Assembly (NCBI GenBank): GCA_030704615.1 | Contig: CM060734.1 | Span: 49,414,001 to 49,478,000, forward strand | Direction: 5' to 3' | Origin: Takakia lepidozioides | Lineage: Eukaryota > Plantae > Bryophyta | DNA length: 64,000 nt | Shown: piece after piece, positions 48,101 through 60,535 of the stretch | How positions within the stretch are numbered: the first letter of the stretch is position 1 | Layout of the letters: each line of letters begins with the position of its first letter | The notes under the pieces: generated by a model | Told to the model about the DNA's origin: nothing | The model's input: the letters and a program-made list of their open reading frames with translations, nothing else | Database searches by the model: none | Position numbers and translations under genes: made by a program

Positions 48101-51100
48101 AATCAAATTCACGCACAGAGTCGTCATGCGCAAACTGACTGAAAGGTTTGCGTGAACCCTCTAACAGCGCAGCACGCTCATCCCCATTCTCCATTCCTCC
48201 GAAGTCAGTCGACTTCACATTCGGCGCATTCACTGCCATGGTTGCCCATCACTTGTACATGAGAAACCTAAGTACAAGCTCAGACTTTCAGCTGTACAAG
48301 ATTAACTAGGTTAGGGGAACAGTACCAATTGAGCATTACACTTAGATCAAAATATGCTTTTAAACAAAAAGCTGCTCAGGCACAATGGCAATTACCAGTC
48401 TCCAGGTAGATCTGCTCCAATTCGTCATACTCACGTAGTGCATCCTCTTGCAAGTATGCCATCTCAAACATGAATGCCAAGCTCTCCTGCAATTACACTC
48501 CCTATGCATCAGTACAAGCCAGAGTATCAGCAGGCAGATTAGCAGGTATACATTCCTAAAGAAGATCACAAGTCAATTTACTTGGGAGTAAAGAGTGATT
48601 ACGATGGAGTCATGAACCCCCAGTACTTCAAAATTGGCACAGCACATGTAATTACAAAGAGTCCAGCTCGTAAATACCCCGAACTTGGACTAGACCTGAT
48701 ATAGAGGGTAATCACCACTGCTCCCCAATCAGAGATGAACTTCCATCCCAATTACTGTCTGAGCCTAACTGGCTTAAGGCACAAGGACATAGACTGCATC
48801 TTCCTATGTTTCTTTGCTGTTTCCTTTGTGCTCTAATTTTTCAAGGAGAAATTTGTAACATCACACTGGTAGCTGGGGGTAGAGCCAGTTAGATAACACA
48901 TATACCAGCATAGATCATTCCAAAAGATCCAGGGAGAGGAATGGACAAGAACCCACCTGGGAGTCTCACAAAAGGAACCCGTTAGGAGGAAAGAAATAAG
49001 TCACCCTTTCTCTTTGCATAACTGTGCCCCTCAGTGTGGACTATGATATTAAGTGCATTGGCACACTGGTCACAAAGGTAAGCTGATGGAATAGATATTG
49101 TCCCCTATACATCCACACACGTGCAATAGTGGAAAGACGAAAAGGATGAAATGTGGCTGGTGCTGGTAATGTCGTCCTATACACCAAAACTTATAACATC
49201 AGTTCAAGAACATGTAGAAGAATCACCTTGACGATGAAGAAATTGCAGAAGTTCCAGGCAGGCATAAACCGATTTTCACTAAGCTTTCGAACCTCCTCCT
49301 CATAATACTGGACACGGCGGTCAAGGGTGTTGCGAATGCACTCCACTGCCTTAGCCTCCAGTTCAACCCATGCTCCTGGGTCACCCCCATGTAGCTCCAA
49401 TCTGCAACACCTGCATCCAGAAAGCCAAAGTATTTAAGTTGGTAATCAGATCCGTGAACTCGTTTAGTGCAACCGAGAACAGTAACCAGCATCCAGCAAC
49501 CTGAGAACTTTTCCTTCAATTCTTAGTCTTGAGGGCCTTTCTTGCTACAATTCTCACCGCAAGAACAAGAACCCACTAGATCATCCAATCAGCAAATAGA
49601 TTGGGTAATGTTTGCATTTCAGAACCACAAGAAATAACAGGTACCTTTCTCGCTTTTTAGAGCTGAAGTCGACTTCAAGTTTGGAGTACACTCTCTTGGT
49701 GAGCTTGTTTGCATTGTCGGTGACAGATTTGGAAACAAAAACAATAAACCATTCCCGGTCCTCATTCTGCACTATTGTTTTCAGCCGTAGTTTCAAAAGA
49801 TTCTTATACTCATCAAGGTCCTGCAGTGAAAAAAGGTGTTAGTATACTCCTGGCAGCATAAATTGATATCTTGCCTCTAAACACTAGTAAAAATAGGTTT
49901 ACATCTTAAATAAGGTAGGCCAGACAAAGAGAGAGTCCAAGACAAAGCACTAGAAGCCCAAGGTAGGCACATCGGTCATGTCCCTTCCAAACACATACAA
50001 TTTCTTCTTGAGAGGAAGGGTGAAGGGGGGAAAGGTTCACTTACTTCACATGTTACAAGTATGATGCAAGCATATGGGCGGCGAAACCACAAAGGCAAGG
50101 GCAATGCTTCCCCTGGAAAGCGGCCACGGAGGCGAGCATCAGTTGTAAGAACATATTCCACTGGCAAGCGCTCCACTATCACCAGATTCCGTGCCTTGTT
50201 GTTCAAGCTGGCCTTCTTGAAGGGCACACGTGCCTCAAAGCCCTCTTGCACCGTCGGCCATAGATTATTCACATCCTCAACTGCAGGAAAACGTGATCAA
50301 CTGGGATTAGATTGTATGTAAGACGAAGGGTTCATTTCAAAAGGAAGGACCTTTGTATTTAGCTGCTACTTGAGCTGCATTCCTAGTGGTCCTGCATATC
50401 TGAATGCAGTTCCTCTCCAACTGACCGACTATATCCCATCATTGGACTTATATGAATCTAGAGTCACTTCAAAGCCTTTGCATAGACCTTGCTCTCTCCC
50501 ATGAGGTCAATAATGAGAGGCCAAACCCAAGGAGGGATTATATCCAAGACACCACATATCATCCCAAGTTGTTGGCCCAGGTACAAAAGGAAGATTTCCC
50601 CCTCTTTACATGCCCTTCTCCCTCTGTACTCTGCACGAGTTCTACAGATGGAAATCCACTATCTAGTGAATTGGCTTCGCGTGACAATAACTGGATTGTG
50701 GCATGCAAGGAAATCATAGTCATTCAGGTGGGAGCCAACATTTCATTAGAAATTTTTTTTAAGAGTTGATGAGTTCTGAAAACCTAACTATCCTGACCCT
50801 CCTGATTGCGAAATATGTTTGTTTCTTCCAATGAAGTGGATACAGTGGGGAGGGTCGACCGAAATATCCTGCAAACGTACATATAGAGTGGCCTAAACAT
50901 GGAGCTGAACCTTTATAATCCACTAAACACAACCTGATCCAATGTGTTTTAACCTTTCAATCGCAGTAGTATAACATTCATTCTTCCTTCGTGTCGGTGC
51001 TGGCGTAAAGCTGCTAACAATGCAGTTACATAGTTCGTTAACTCAGGGTCACATTGACACCACATAACAATTAATTCCAGCAAAGCTAGTGTCAGAAAGG

Positions 51101-51208
51101 GACATTGAGACCCCGTCCAATGAAGCGAATGAGAGGAGGCATACTGGCAACAATGAGGCGCTCCGACGCATTCTTGACCATCTGAAACTGTGACAAAGGG
51201 CTGGCCAT
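39120..51208 (-). CDS. TRS130: TRAPP II subunit TRS130 / TRAPPC10 (CLUB); about 20 exons including 51208-51145, 50280-50045, 49820-49645, 49410-49227, 48486-48396, 48232-48069, 46646-46557, 46446-46285, 45802-45741, 45490-45400, last exon ending 39120
   Basis: MASPLSQFQMVKNASERLIVA|IEDVNNLWPTV, LTTDARLRGRFP, QNEDREWFIVFVSK, KLEVDFSSKKRER, WNFCNFFIVK, FREFDF-like VREFDFRQYLF, SWRKRHGVVLDGE, NWMIAGRKKG, collinear with plant TRS130. Confidence 0.95.
41071..41150 (+). mobile_element. Very short LINE 3' end (family A) with 11-bp TSD
   Basis: Flanked by tgtttctgatg (41060-41070, 41151-41161). Ends tcttatgagtac. Confidence 0.75.
46998..47469 (-). mobile_element. 5'-truncated LINE (family A) with 14-bp TSD
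   Basis: Flanked by acaccagagacaga (46984-46997, 47470-47483). Encodes CQCPMCG...LIQSLGYSHRRVTLFRTIK and aligns with 16256-16695. Confidence 0.82.
47755..47986 (+). mobile_element. tRNA-derived SINE
   Basis: A box tagcctaagtgg (47763-47774), B box ggttctaaacc (47805-47815) in a cagg/cctg T-arm, unrelated body, short A6 tail. Not a full cloverleaf. Confidence 0.6.
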
Positions 51209-52100
51209 GGCTGCAGCAAGGGTCTGTCCATACTTACACCTGCCCCTGTCCCTGCCTCCACATTCTTCGCTCCCGCTTTCTTCCGCAAAGCTGGATCCGC
51301 ATAGCTAAAGTATAGAGATACAATCCCAACCTAACATTCCAAAATAAGGACCGAGCGAGAATCCATCAATTTCATCGCCATCGCTGCCTGGAATATTAAC
51401 AGAGAAATAGCAGACAATGTAAAGGTGGTACCACGCGTTGAAGCTCAAACAACTAGACCTGAACAAAAATGTGTCACTGGACACAGAGAAAGGCGTGAAG
51501 GACAGACTGAAAAACAGCGATCAACCTCAACTAGCAACGCACGCAAGACAAAGATGAAGCCCCCAAGTTTTCAACTTTCATATTTCTGCGCCTAACACCA
51601 CATACTACAATGCAAGAAAAAAATACATTTCACGAAACCTACAAAACCAGGGACGGATTCCCCGCCGATTTTTCCAGCTCGGTATTAAATGGAGTTGAGA
51701 ACATGAATGCAGGAAAGCGAAACACACGGATGCACAAGAAAAACAAGTAGACAGATATATATAGAGAAAGACGGGGCCAGGGGGACGAAATTACGTGTGG
51801 TTGTGAGCTGAGAATGAGTGGAATCCAAGAAACAGAGTGTGGCAGCGATCACAGTGCAACACACCCAACGCACTCGGAAAACGGCAATGGACAGAATGAC
51901 GAGGAGAAGCACGGTACAGAAGGAGGGTGCTTCCGCCTATCTCCTGCTGCCACGTCCCCTCCTACAGTAGCCTAAAATCTTGTAATGGGGTTTGGGAGTC
52001 TCAGTGAATGAATGTCTCATGAATGAAACATAAATTCTTATGCCATAAATTCATCTAATTAAAAAAAGAAAAAACAATTGTCCTCTACATAATGAAATGA

Positions 52101-53400
52101 TTTTTTATTTTTATTTTTGAGAACAGGGTTTATTGCCCTGATTAATTTTATTCATAAGTTATTGAGGGGAAAAAAATTAAAACCCCCATTAAGCCATAAG
52201 GCACATACACCGTAATCAGTGTAAAGGGAGCCATACATCCACCAAATGGGATTTTGAAGAGCCAATATTGGCAAGAGAGAAGACCAATTTAATGTAGGCA
52301 GGCCTACACTCGTCCCTAAATGGAGCGACCCTTTGACCTTACACTAGCAATATCACAAATGATAGAACGTTGATTTTGTCATTGAGTCTCGAGGCCTTGG
52401 ATGAAGTCTTGACATGCTTCAAGTTGACATCTCGCTCAAACTCCGGCGAAAGAGTGGAGGGGGACTCGAAGGTCACGCCACGTTCGTGGAGGGAGCTCAG
52501 TCCAGAAGCATTCATCTTGCGAGGGGGAGTGGCAGATGATTCCGGCAAGGCCCCATATACTGAAGAAAGCTTCGTAGATATCATGTGCGCTCCCGGAATT
52601 TCGTTCCATGTCTGCACACGTTTTAGCCCATGCTTTACGAGCTTCAGTTTGGAGATCATAAAAGATACTGGAGAGGAGCGAAGAATGGTGGCAGTCTGTC
52701 CAGAGAAGGTATTCTTACAGCGAATCTTCCATAAGGTGCCACAGCGTCGATCCTCTGAGGGTTTCGAATAACAGACAGCTTACCGCTTTGGTTTTTGTGA
52801 CCTTGTCATAGTTTAGGAGCAAATGAGTTTCACAGAGGGGTCTTGGATTCCAGTTTAGGTATAAGGATTTGACTAGAGGCCATATCTTGGACAAAGCTTG
52901 GCAGTGAAGCAAACAGTGTTCCAATGTTTCCTGTACAGCGGTTGAGCAGCACGCACAAAGAACTGATGCCTGGAATTGGAGCCCCTCTCCTACTTTAAGA
53001 ACCCGATTTGCTACTTGCCAAAGAAAAGCAGATATTTTTGTTGGACGGGTTTTGATCCATACCGAGCCCCAAATAACAGACCACTTCTCTTCCCGAAATC
53101 CGTGGTTTTCCCATTTCGAGTCCCATTTAGCGAGCATTGGCTCCGTTTTAGAGAGAACCTTGTACCCTCTCTTTGTTGAGTAAGGAAAAAAAGGATCCGG
53201 CGATCTGGTGAAGGACCAAGACCACTCAACAGGATCTATATCAAGCTCTACCAAGGGCCTTCCAAGAATCCACACAAAGGTATTGGATGCCAGCCAGTCG
53301 TGAACTGGGACAAATATCGGGGGTGGTGGGTTGAATGCCTTATCTTGTGAAGTCCAGCAGCAAATCCTAATCGGGGTTAGAGGTATTGGTTGAATGAGCT
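52101..53400 (-). mobile_element. L1 3' part (zf-RVT, A-rich tail at ~52101-52120)
   Basis: WSVIWGSVWIKTRPTKISAFLWQVANRVLKVG...CACC...ETLEHCLLHC...IW. Confidence 0.85.
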
Positions 53401-53409
53401 GGGGGAGTT

Positions 53410-54233
53410 GCCTCCTCTCCCCTCAAGGTGCCCACTTGGCAACCCTCACTGCGCTAGATAGCCCACGGGTTCAATCTCAAAGCAACATGGTCACCACTAT
53501 GGAAAAACATTTGGCGTGCATGGCGTAAGCTTCAAAAATACCTGGTTAAGGCCCAACCCAAGACCTTCTATGAAGTGCTAAGACAACACCTTTTCCTCAG
53601 TACAAACTCACCGAACCCTTCTCAACGTAATCATGCCAGACGTTGGTCTTGCTGGGACAAGCTGGGAATCAGCCAGATCAACAATATCTAGAAAAACAGG
53701 GCCCTCCAACCCTTAGAATCGATCTCAGAGCAGGTGGGCAAAGGGAGGGTGAACAGGGGATATCAAGCCCTCATCACATCCATAAACCCTCAATGGTTAG
53801 CCATCATGGGATCAGGCCCCCAGGGGCAGGTGGACAATACGTGGGGCTTGGCCATTTACCATGGTCAATTATCAGTCATTTTTGTCCAGTACGCTTCACC
53901 ACAACAGTTTACGATCTTCAGCTTTCATATCAACGCCTATCCCTCACAGGTTGGGTCTTGGTGGCAAAACAAATCTGCTCAGCTGGAATGTGGTATTACT
54001 CTTCCTCCTGGCACCCAGACTCGAAACAAGTCCAAGAAGCCAGACGCCTCCTAAGAAACTTCATCTGGGGGGCTCACAAAGCCACAGACAACAAACGACC
54101 ACAAGTAGGTTGGAAACAAATCTGCCTCCCCAAAAATAAAGGGGGGTTGGGGGTCTTGGATTTAGAAACTCAAATCAATGCACTTCTTGGAAAATGGATT
54201 CCACGTTTCCTAGGGCCTGAAGGAGGCTGCTGA
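53410..54233 (+). mobile_element. L1 post-RT segments in inverted orientation
   Basis: LSLTGWVLVAKQICSAGMWYYSS...RNFIWG...VGWKQICLPKNKGGLGVLDL...ALLGKW (53930-54233) and WSPLWKNIWRAWRKL (53480-53600). Confidence 0.8.
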
Positions 54234-56240
54234 GCTTCGAGCCCCAGTAAGTGAGTTGTCTTTTAAGCTTTTGCAGTGTGGGGGCAAATTTCTGTTCATA
54301 TGTAAGGTCTATTCCAAAGGTGTAACCTAGCAGGGTTGTTGTCTCACCTGTTTGAGCCACTTCAGACCCTGGTTTGATCCCCACGTAGGCGGTGAACCCA
54401 ATGTGGATTGTGATAGATCTCCAACAAGTAAGGCCGATGTTTTATTCCAATTAACCTTGAAGCCCGAGGCTTGGCAAAAGGCGTCAAGAGTGTACCATGC
54501 TGAGTTTAGATTTTCCACTGTTGTTTGAAGCATAAGAAATGTGTCGTCAATAAACATGGAGTCTATGAGGTGGCTAGGTCGTGTAATGTAGTTAGTGATC
54601 CTGAGGCCCCTGATGTTTTGGTTGTGATCCAGCAGGTAACCCAAGGTGTCAACCACCACCCAAAAAAATAAAATGGGGCCAGTGGGCACCCCTACCGGAC
54701 AGATCTTTGTAGAGGGAAGGAGGAGGAGATGTATCCATTAACAGTGACCCTACTGGAGGATGTTGTTAAAAGAATGCGCACCCATCTGCCAAAATCTGGC
54801 GGGAAGCCTATCCTAGCCAATGCTGCAAGGAGGAAGGGCCATTCTACCCTATCGAACGCCTTTTCAAAATCCAGAAGAAGCATGGCAATGGCCTGGCCTG
54901 TTCTGGAAGCAAATTCGGGTACCTCTTGAGCTAAAAGTAGATTATCTAATATGAATCTTCCTTTTATAAACCCCGTTTGATTAGGACGGATTAAAAGAAG
55001 GCAAGAAAGGCTGCAGTCTGAGGGCCAAGGCTTTCGCTATGATTTTATATGCCACATTCAGCAAGGTATTGGGTCTGTAATTGGAAATGTTGGTTCTATC
55101 CTTTTTTTGTACAGCTGGGTGATGACAATGACTTACTTTATTTCAAGGGACTTCTCTATGTACCTCAAGGACCTATACGACTTCGAATTCTTCAAACATG
55201 TCATGATCTTCCGGCTGCAGGACCACATTGCTTGTAGAATTCCACGGAAAGTCCGTCCATTCCCAGGGACTTATTGTTTTGTAATTTCTGCAAGGCCTCC
55301 TCCAACTCTGTTTCAGATAGTTCCCCTTCGAGAGATGAAGCTTTTTGACCAGTAAGAATCGTGGGTGTATGAGCCAAACAGGCAGTCTGAGAGGGAGTTA
55401 GATCAGTATGGTCACTTTTGAATAGCTGCTGGAAATGTTTACTGGAAAGTTCTGCCAAGGCTTTGGGGGAAGTGGCAGACAAACCGGAAGTCTGGTCAAT
55501 GAGGTCAGAGATGGTTTGTGCTGCCCTACGAAGCCGTGTCTTGTCGAAGGAATATTTTGTCATTTTCTCACATTTGGTCGACCAGTTGACACCAGCCTGC
55601 AGCCTGAGCTTTCTTTCCTGAATCTTATGGTAGAAGTCAAGGTTGCATCTAGCCTGAACATAGGTGTGGTATGTATATTCATCACATCTGGTTGATTCCA
55701 TTCTTGATTGACAGACTTTCAGACACTTTTCCAAGGCTGTCACCTTTTTTTTTCCTGATGATAGACATTGTCTTGCTCATTTTCTGACTTTCGACATTCA
55801 CTGCTTTGAGCTTGGCCATAATTTTTTCCGTAGGTTTTTTTGGGGAGCCCAGCCCTTGTCCAGGCTTATCCAAGACCCTGTTTAAAGGCATGCAGCTTCA
55901 ACAACCAGTTGTTGATTTTGAACATACCTCTGCCACGACGTTGATTGCCTGGGAACTGAACTGTGAACGAGATCGGAGCATGGTCAAATCCTAAAGGGAT
56001 TGGCTCTTGGGGGAGCCTTCTTGATAGTTGCACCAAATCTAGGGATATGTAGGATCTGTCCAGGCGCGCCATGCATAGGTCTGCCAAAAGTTTTGTTGTT
56101 TGTCCGAAATTTAAGGCCTGAAGCCTATCCGAGGATTGGCGTAGCCTCTGTCAGATTGTGGCTTTGCAGACAAGAGAACCATTGGTCCATCTCCTCTTGA
56201 TTGGGGTTAAAGGATCCAAGACCCCTTCTATCCTGCTAGG
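54234..56240 (-). mobile_element. Degenerate L1 ORF2, endonuclease C-terminus to reverse transcriptase
   Basis: ARLDRSY...DHAPI (APE), KSLGMDGLSVEFYK, NYRP..LLNVAYKIIAKALA, QTGFIKGR, LLDFEKAFDRVEW, MFIDDT, SGFKVNWNKT. Several stops and frameshifts. Confidence 0.9.
55110..55225 (+). mobile_element. Ty3/gypsy integrase zinc-binding fragment embedded in the L1 RT
   Basis: DLLYFKGLLYVPQGPIRLRILQTCHDLPAAGPH (HD.P.AGH motif). Confidence 0.65.
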
Positions 56241-57400
56241 TTTTTTTTTTTTTAATAGGAAAGGGGACAGAGGCCCTTTTAATCAAATTAATTAAAAAGA
56301 GGAGTCACAATGATGGAAAAAATAACCATCCAAGAGGTCGTGAAGGCTAACTAGGGGGAAACTTCCCCGTGACCCTAGCAAACTAGCTAATCGAGCAAGA
56401 GGAGGGAACTGAGGAGAGTGTGAGTGCTGCATGGGAATGAAGCATCTGGAGAAGTGGAGGAGTGAAACAAAAGGAGGGGCATGTGGGAGCAAAATCAAAT
56501 CCCAAAAGCTATAGGTGCCCGAGAGTAGAGCTGAATCGACTTGTTGAATCGATTTGATCTGTAGGTATCAGAACTTCAGTTGAGTTCTAAACTTCGGGTC
56601 TCGCGCTTTCTTATGACGCCAATTGAAATCTGTCCCCTCCCCTTCCCCTTCACCAGGGGACCTCCCATTGAGTGGGGATGGTGTGTTGCCAAGCAAAGTG
56701 CATGTTGGGAAGACCGGAGCCGAGCAGGTTGCCTTTGCCCCAGGACTGCATGAAATCTTGAGACAAATTTCTCCCTCATTTGTTGAGAAGTTCTTAAAAT
56801 AGCTGCACGGAGACGATCCCACACTTTTCTTCCCTCAATCAACATATCATGAAATGTGTGATACAAGACACATCTGCCTCTAGGGGGCTTGCCCTCAAAG
56901 ACCCAAGAACACATGGACTTCCATAAATTCCATAACGTATGGGCTTGAAGTGAGGCCCATACTGGACAAACAATTTGAGAGCTACTAGGCTGAATATTGA
57001 GAAGTAGCAGAGACCGAGAAAGAGGAGAGGGGAAGGTAGCCCAGTGTGAGTAGAAACCCAAGACCATCCTCCAAACTCTACATGCTATATTGCACGACAA
57101 CAAACAGTGTTCAATGGTTTCTAGTTTAGCCAAGCAGAGGGGGCAAGCTGGATTATCCTCATGCGTGGCATGTCTGACTGGGAGTATTCTGTGAGCCAGC
57201 TTCCATAGGAATCCAGAGACTCTCGCTGACCGATCCTTCCTCCATATGTCCTTCCAAATTTTGTCCAAGGTAGGTCGAGTAATGTTGGGATTGTTCCTTG
57301 CAGACCATTTAGTAAAGAAGCTCAAACGAGGTGGGTTGATGAGAGAGTAACCCATCTTTACTGAGTAGGCAAAGAATGGGGAGTGTTGTCCTTGCAATGA
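56241..57400 (-). mobile_element. 5'-truncated L1 (zf-RVT) with poly(A) tail
   Basis: T12 run at 56241-56252. IWKDIWRKDRSARVSGFLWKLAHRILPV...CPLC...ETIEHCLLSC. Confidence 0.85.
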
Positions 57401-57609
57401 TATTTAAGCCTTTGATCTTTCTCGCAACGAAAACGCAAAAATTTAAAAACAAGTAATATAAACGTTAATTTAGAAACCAAACAATTAAAAGAAAATCTAG
57501 TGACGACTGAAGCTCGGAGACTAGTTTTTAGTTCTGTCCTCACTAGTTCTTATTGTAGAGCAGGAATAGGGTGCCATAGTGCCACATCATCGTAGCCACA
57601 CCATCACCG

Positions 57610-58413
57610 TCATTTGTTTAAAGCTGCCCACTCTTTTTTAGCTGGTACTTTGAGACCAAAGAAGACTAGAGTCAAAATGGCAGTTGCGGATGTATTTTCC
57701 TTATTGTAGCTCCATGCACATCGTCCCTTCCATATGTTCCAGAGAACTGAGTATCTTAGCACTTCAAAAACCGGGCAATCTCGAGTTTTTGCTTTCCTTG
57801 TTTGACTGTAGTTGAGGAGGATTTTCAAGGAACCAAGATTGAAGGGCTCCCAGTTTTTGTAGAATGCTTGGACCAAGGGCCAGAGGACTTCGGTGCTAAG
57901 CATTGGAGGAGACAATGCTCAAGGGATTCAACTGCTTGGTCAGCACAACATCCACAAAGGGTAGCAGTATTGAAGTTTAAATTAATGTATTGGCCCACCT
58001 TGAGGACTCTGTTGGCTAACTGCCACAGAAAGGCACTTATCTTGGCAGGTTTTTTCTTCTCCCAAACTACTGACCAGATGCCCTTCCAATTTTCCTCGCT
58101 GAAGTTCTCATGACTCCATCTGCCCTCCCATTTTGTGGTGAGAGGTCTGGCTCGAAGTAAGGCTCTGTACCCCCGCCGAGCTGAGTATGAGAAGAGAGGA
58201 TGAATCTCGCCATTGACTGTCCACTTCCACTCGGCAGGGTCTAATTGCAAAGATGCACTGCGAGAGTTTCTAAACAGAGTGAATGATTCTTTCCAAAGCC
58301 AAGTTAACAGGGGAATGCCCCCCGGGACAGAAGGATTAATTTTTTTATCCGGTGACCAGTGGCATATTCTACCATGGATGGCTTCCTCATTTGGAATTGA
58401 GATGATGTCTGAG
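57610..58413 (-). mobile_element. L1 zf-RVT fragment interrupted by the LTR element
   Basis: WKGIWSVVWEKKKPAKISAFLWQLANRVLKVG...CGCC...ESLEHCLLQC, similar to 52715-53275. Confidence 0.85.
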
Positions 58414-59137
58414 TGTCGCGGCCCTTTGCCTTGAGGGCAGGGGGTCGGGACGCAGAGGGGCTGCCCCTATGGTGGGGGCGGTGGCAGCAATAGGTACGGG
58501 GGGCTGAAGCAACCTTGAGTGCCCAAGGCACTCAAGGAGGCGGAGGCACTCACTAGGTGGAGCCCCGCACACCGGGTTGCGGTGGGGGTGGCTCCACAAG
58601 GGGTGGTGGTAGCTTAGTGGGACTTAGTGGGGGTGGCATAGGACTCACATGGGGCGGAGACCTTGTGGTGGGAGTCATGGGGAGTCTTGCGACTCACCAC
58701 GGTCCAATGGGGCCGTGGTGGGTGGGCCAAGACTCACCGCGACTCATCATCGGGAATCGAGGGTCTTCGTGGTGGTTCGCCATAAAATGGCATGGTTATT
58801 TGTGAAACCCCCGCGGACAGTCACAGAAGTATATATAGGGAGTAGTAACCCTGAGAACGGTGCAAGCCCGTTGGTGACCAAAAACTAGTGAGTAAGCGAG
58901 CAAGCCGGAAAGCGACTAAGGAGTGGGGAGATATTCCGGACTGCCATCTACCAAAGGGAATTTCCACTAGGCCCAAATTAGTGGAGGGTCTGTTGGGGGA
59001 AGAAAGGGGGACCGTTGTGCCCCGGTAAGCAGCCGAAGCTCCGAGTTGGCCCGGCGGCCAGGTTGGGAGTTAGGCGCGCGCATCAAAGCGAGTAACTATG
59101 ACTTGAAGGGGAGCTTACCGAAGTGAGGTGCACGACA
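58414..59137 (+). repeat. 5' LTR of a Ty3/gypsy retrotransposon
   Basis: Starts TGTCGCG and ends CACGACA (inverted termini). TATA-like gtatatatag at ~58830. Followed by the tRNA-Met PBS TGGTATCAGAGC (59140-59151). Confidence 0.82.
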
Positions 59138-59139
59138 CT

Positions 59140-60535
59140 TGGTATCAGAGCTTAGAGTTCAGTACGCGATCGTCCTTGGGATCGGCCTCATCATGGGGTC
59201 GGGCAAGCCAAAGCGAAAGCGGAACGGCCCGAAAGATGATGATCATGGTGAGCCCGATGGGGGCGACGTGTCACCAAAGCGGCCATTTGAGGAAGCGATG
59301 CATGCTTTTGAAAACGAGACCTCTCAAGAAAGGGAGGAATCTGAGGAGTCAGAGTCCGAGGAATCCCTGACAGACCAACAGATGCCTCCCATGCCAGCAG
59401 CCTTTTGGGAAGGGTTGTTGGCGTAGTTTGGCGGAACGTTGAAAGACGTGTTGAAGGCGGGTAATGCCACTTCTACTAAGGCAAAGTTTAAGGTGAAGCC
59501 TAAGGAACCCGGCACCTTCGAGGGCGTCCAAAATCGGAAGGCACTCAACACTTGGCTCTTGGAGCTAGAGAAGTACTTCCGGGCGACCAAGTTGAGTGAC
59601 GAGGATCGGGTGGAAGTGGTTCCCACCTATTTAAGGGGCTATGCTCAACAATGGTGGCAGAAACGCCTTCACGACCGAGGTCCAAACCCGGAAACCTTGA
59701 ACTGGAGTGGGTTCAAGGAACTTATGAAGAAACAGTTTGTGCCCCTCAACGCATCCTAGCTCGCCCGGGACAAGATGAGGAATTTGAAGCAAATGGATGA
59801 CATTCGGGGATATGTTCAGGCTTTCAATGTGCTGTTGCTCGAAGTCGCGGACATGGCAGAATTAGAAATGGTCTTCAACTTTGTGGCGGGACTAGCCCCA
59901 TGGGCCAGACGAAAGTTGGAGGAGAAGCCACCTAAGACTTTGAACGAGGCAATTGAGAGGGCTGAATGTTTCTCGGATGTCTTTAGGGGCGAAAGACAAG
60001 GCCGTACGGAGCTGAGCCACAAGAAGACCCGGCGGGAGGGTGACTCTTTTCGACCGGAAAAGAAGTGGGATAGGCCACGCGGCGACAATGGCACGTGGAA
60101 ATTGAAGGGAGGGCCTTCACACACCAAGACGACACCCGGTGCTCCGAAAGGAAAATTAGGTGCGACGCCTTATGGCGGACAAAAGGCGACCTTCGATGGA
60201 GTGTGCTTCAATTGTGGGGAGCCCGGGCACATGGCCAAGAAGTGTACAAATCCTTGACAATTGAACATGACTCGGGCAACCACGAAGTTGTCTGAAGCTT
60301 CCATCAGCCGCTTGGTGGAGGCGGTGGTCGCCAAGACTTGCAAGGTAGGCAACTACTCTTGTGAGTTGTATCAGGAAACTGGCGCCTTGCGTAAAGGGAG
60401 TCAGTTAATGTTTGTGAGTGGGATAATCTCCGGAACTAACGTGTCCTTGTTGGTGGACACAGGAGCGTCGCACTCCTTCATGACACCGGCAACGGCACGG
60501 AAGCTGGGACTCCCGACAAGGGATGTGGGGGCCGT
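59140..60535 (+). mobile_element. Ty3/gypsy PBS, gag and protease (dead, truncated)
   Basis: KPKEPGTFEG...LNTWLLELEKYF...AQQWW; zinc knuckle CFNCGEPGHMAKKC; protease LLVDTGASHSF. In-frame stops at ~59424, 59757, 60255. Confidence 0.9.

Noticed and set aside
57497-57546. Imperfect inverted repeat ending in CTAG (Helitron end or MITE)
   Set aside because: No matching 5' end, TSD or second copy.
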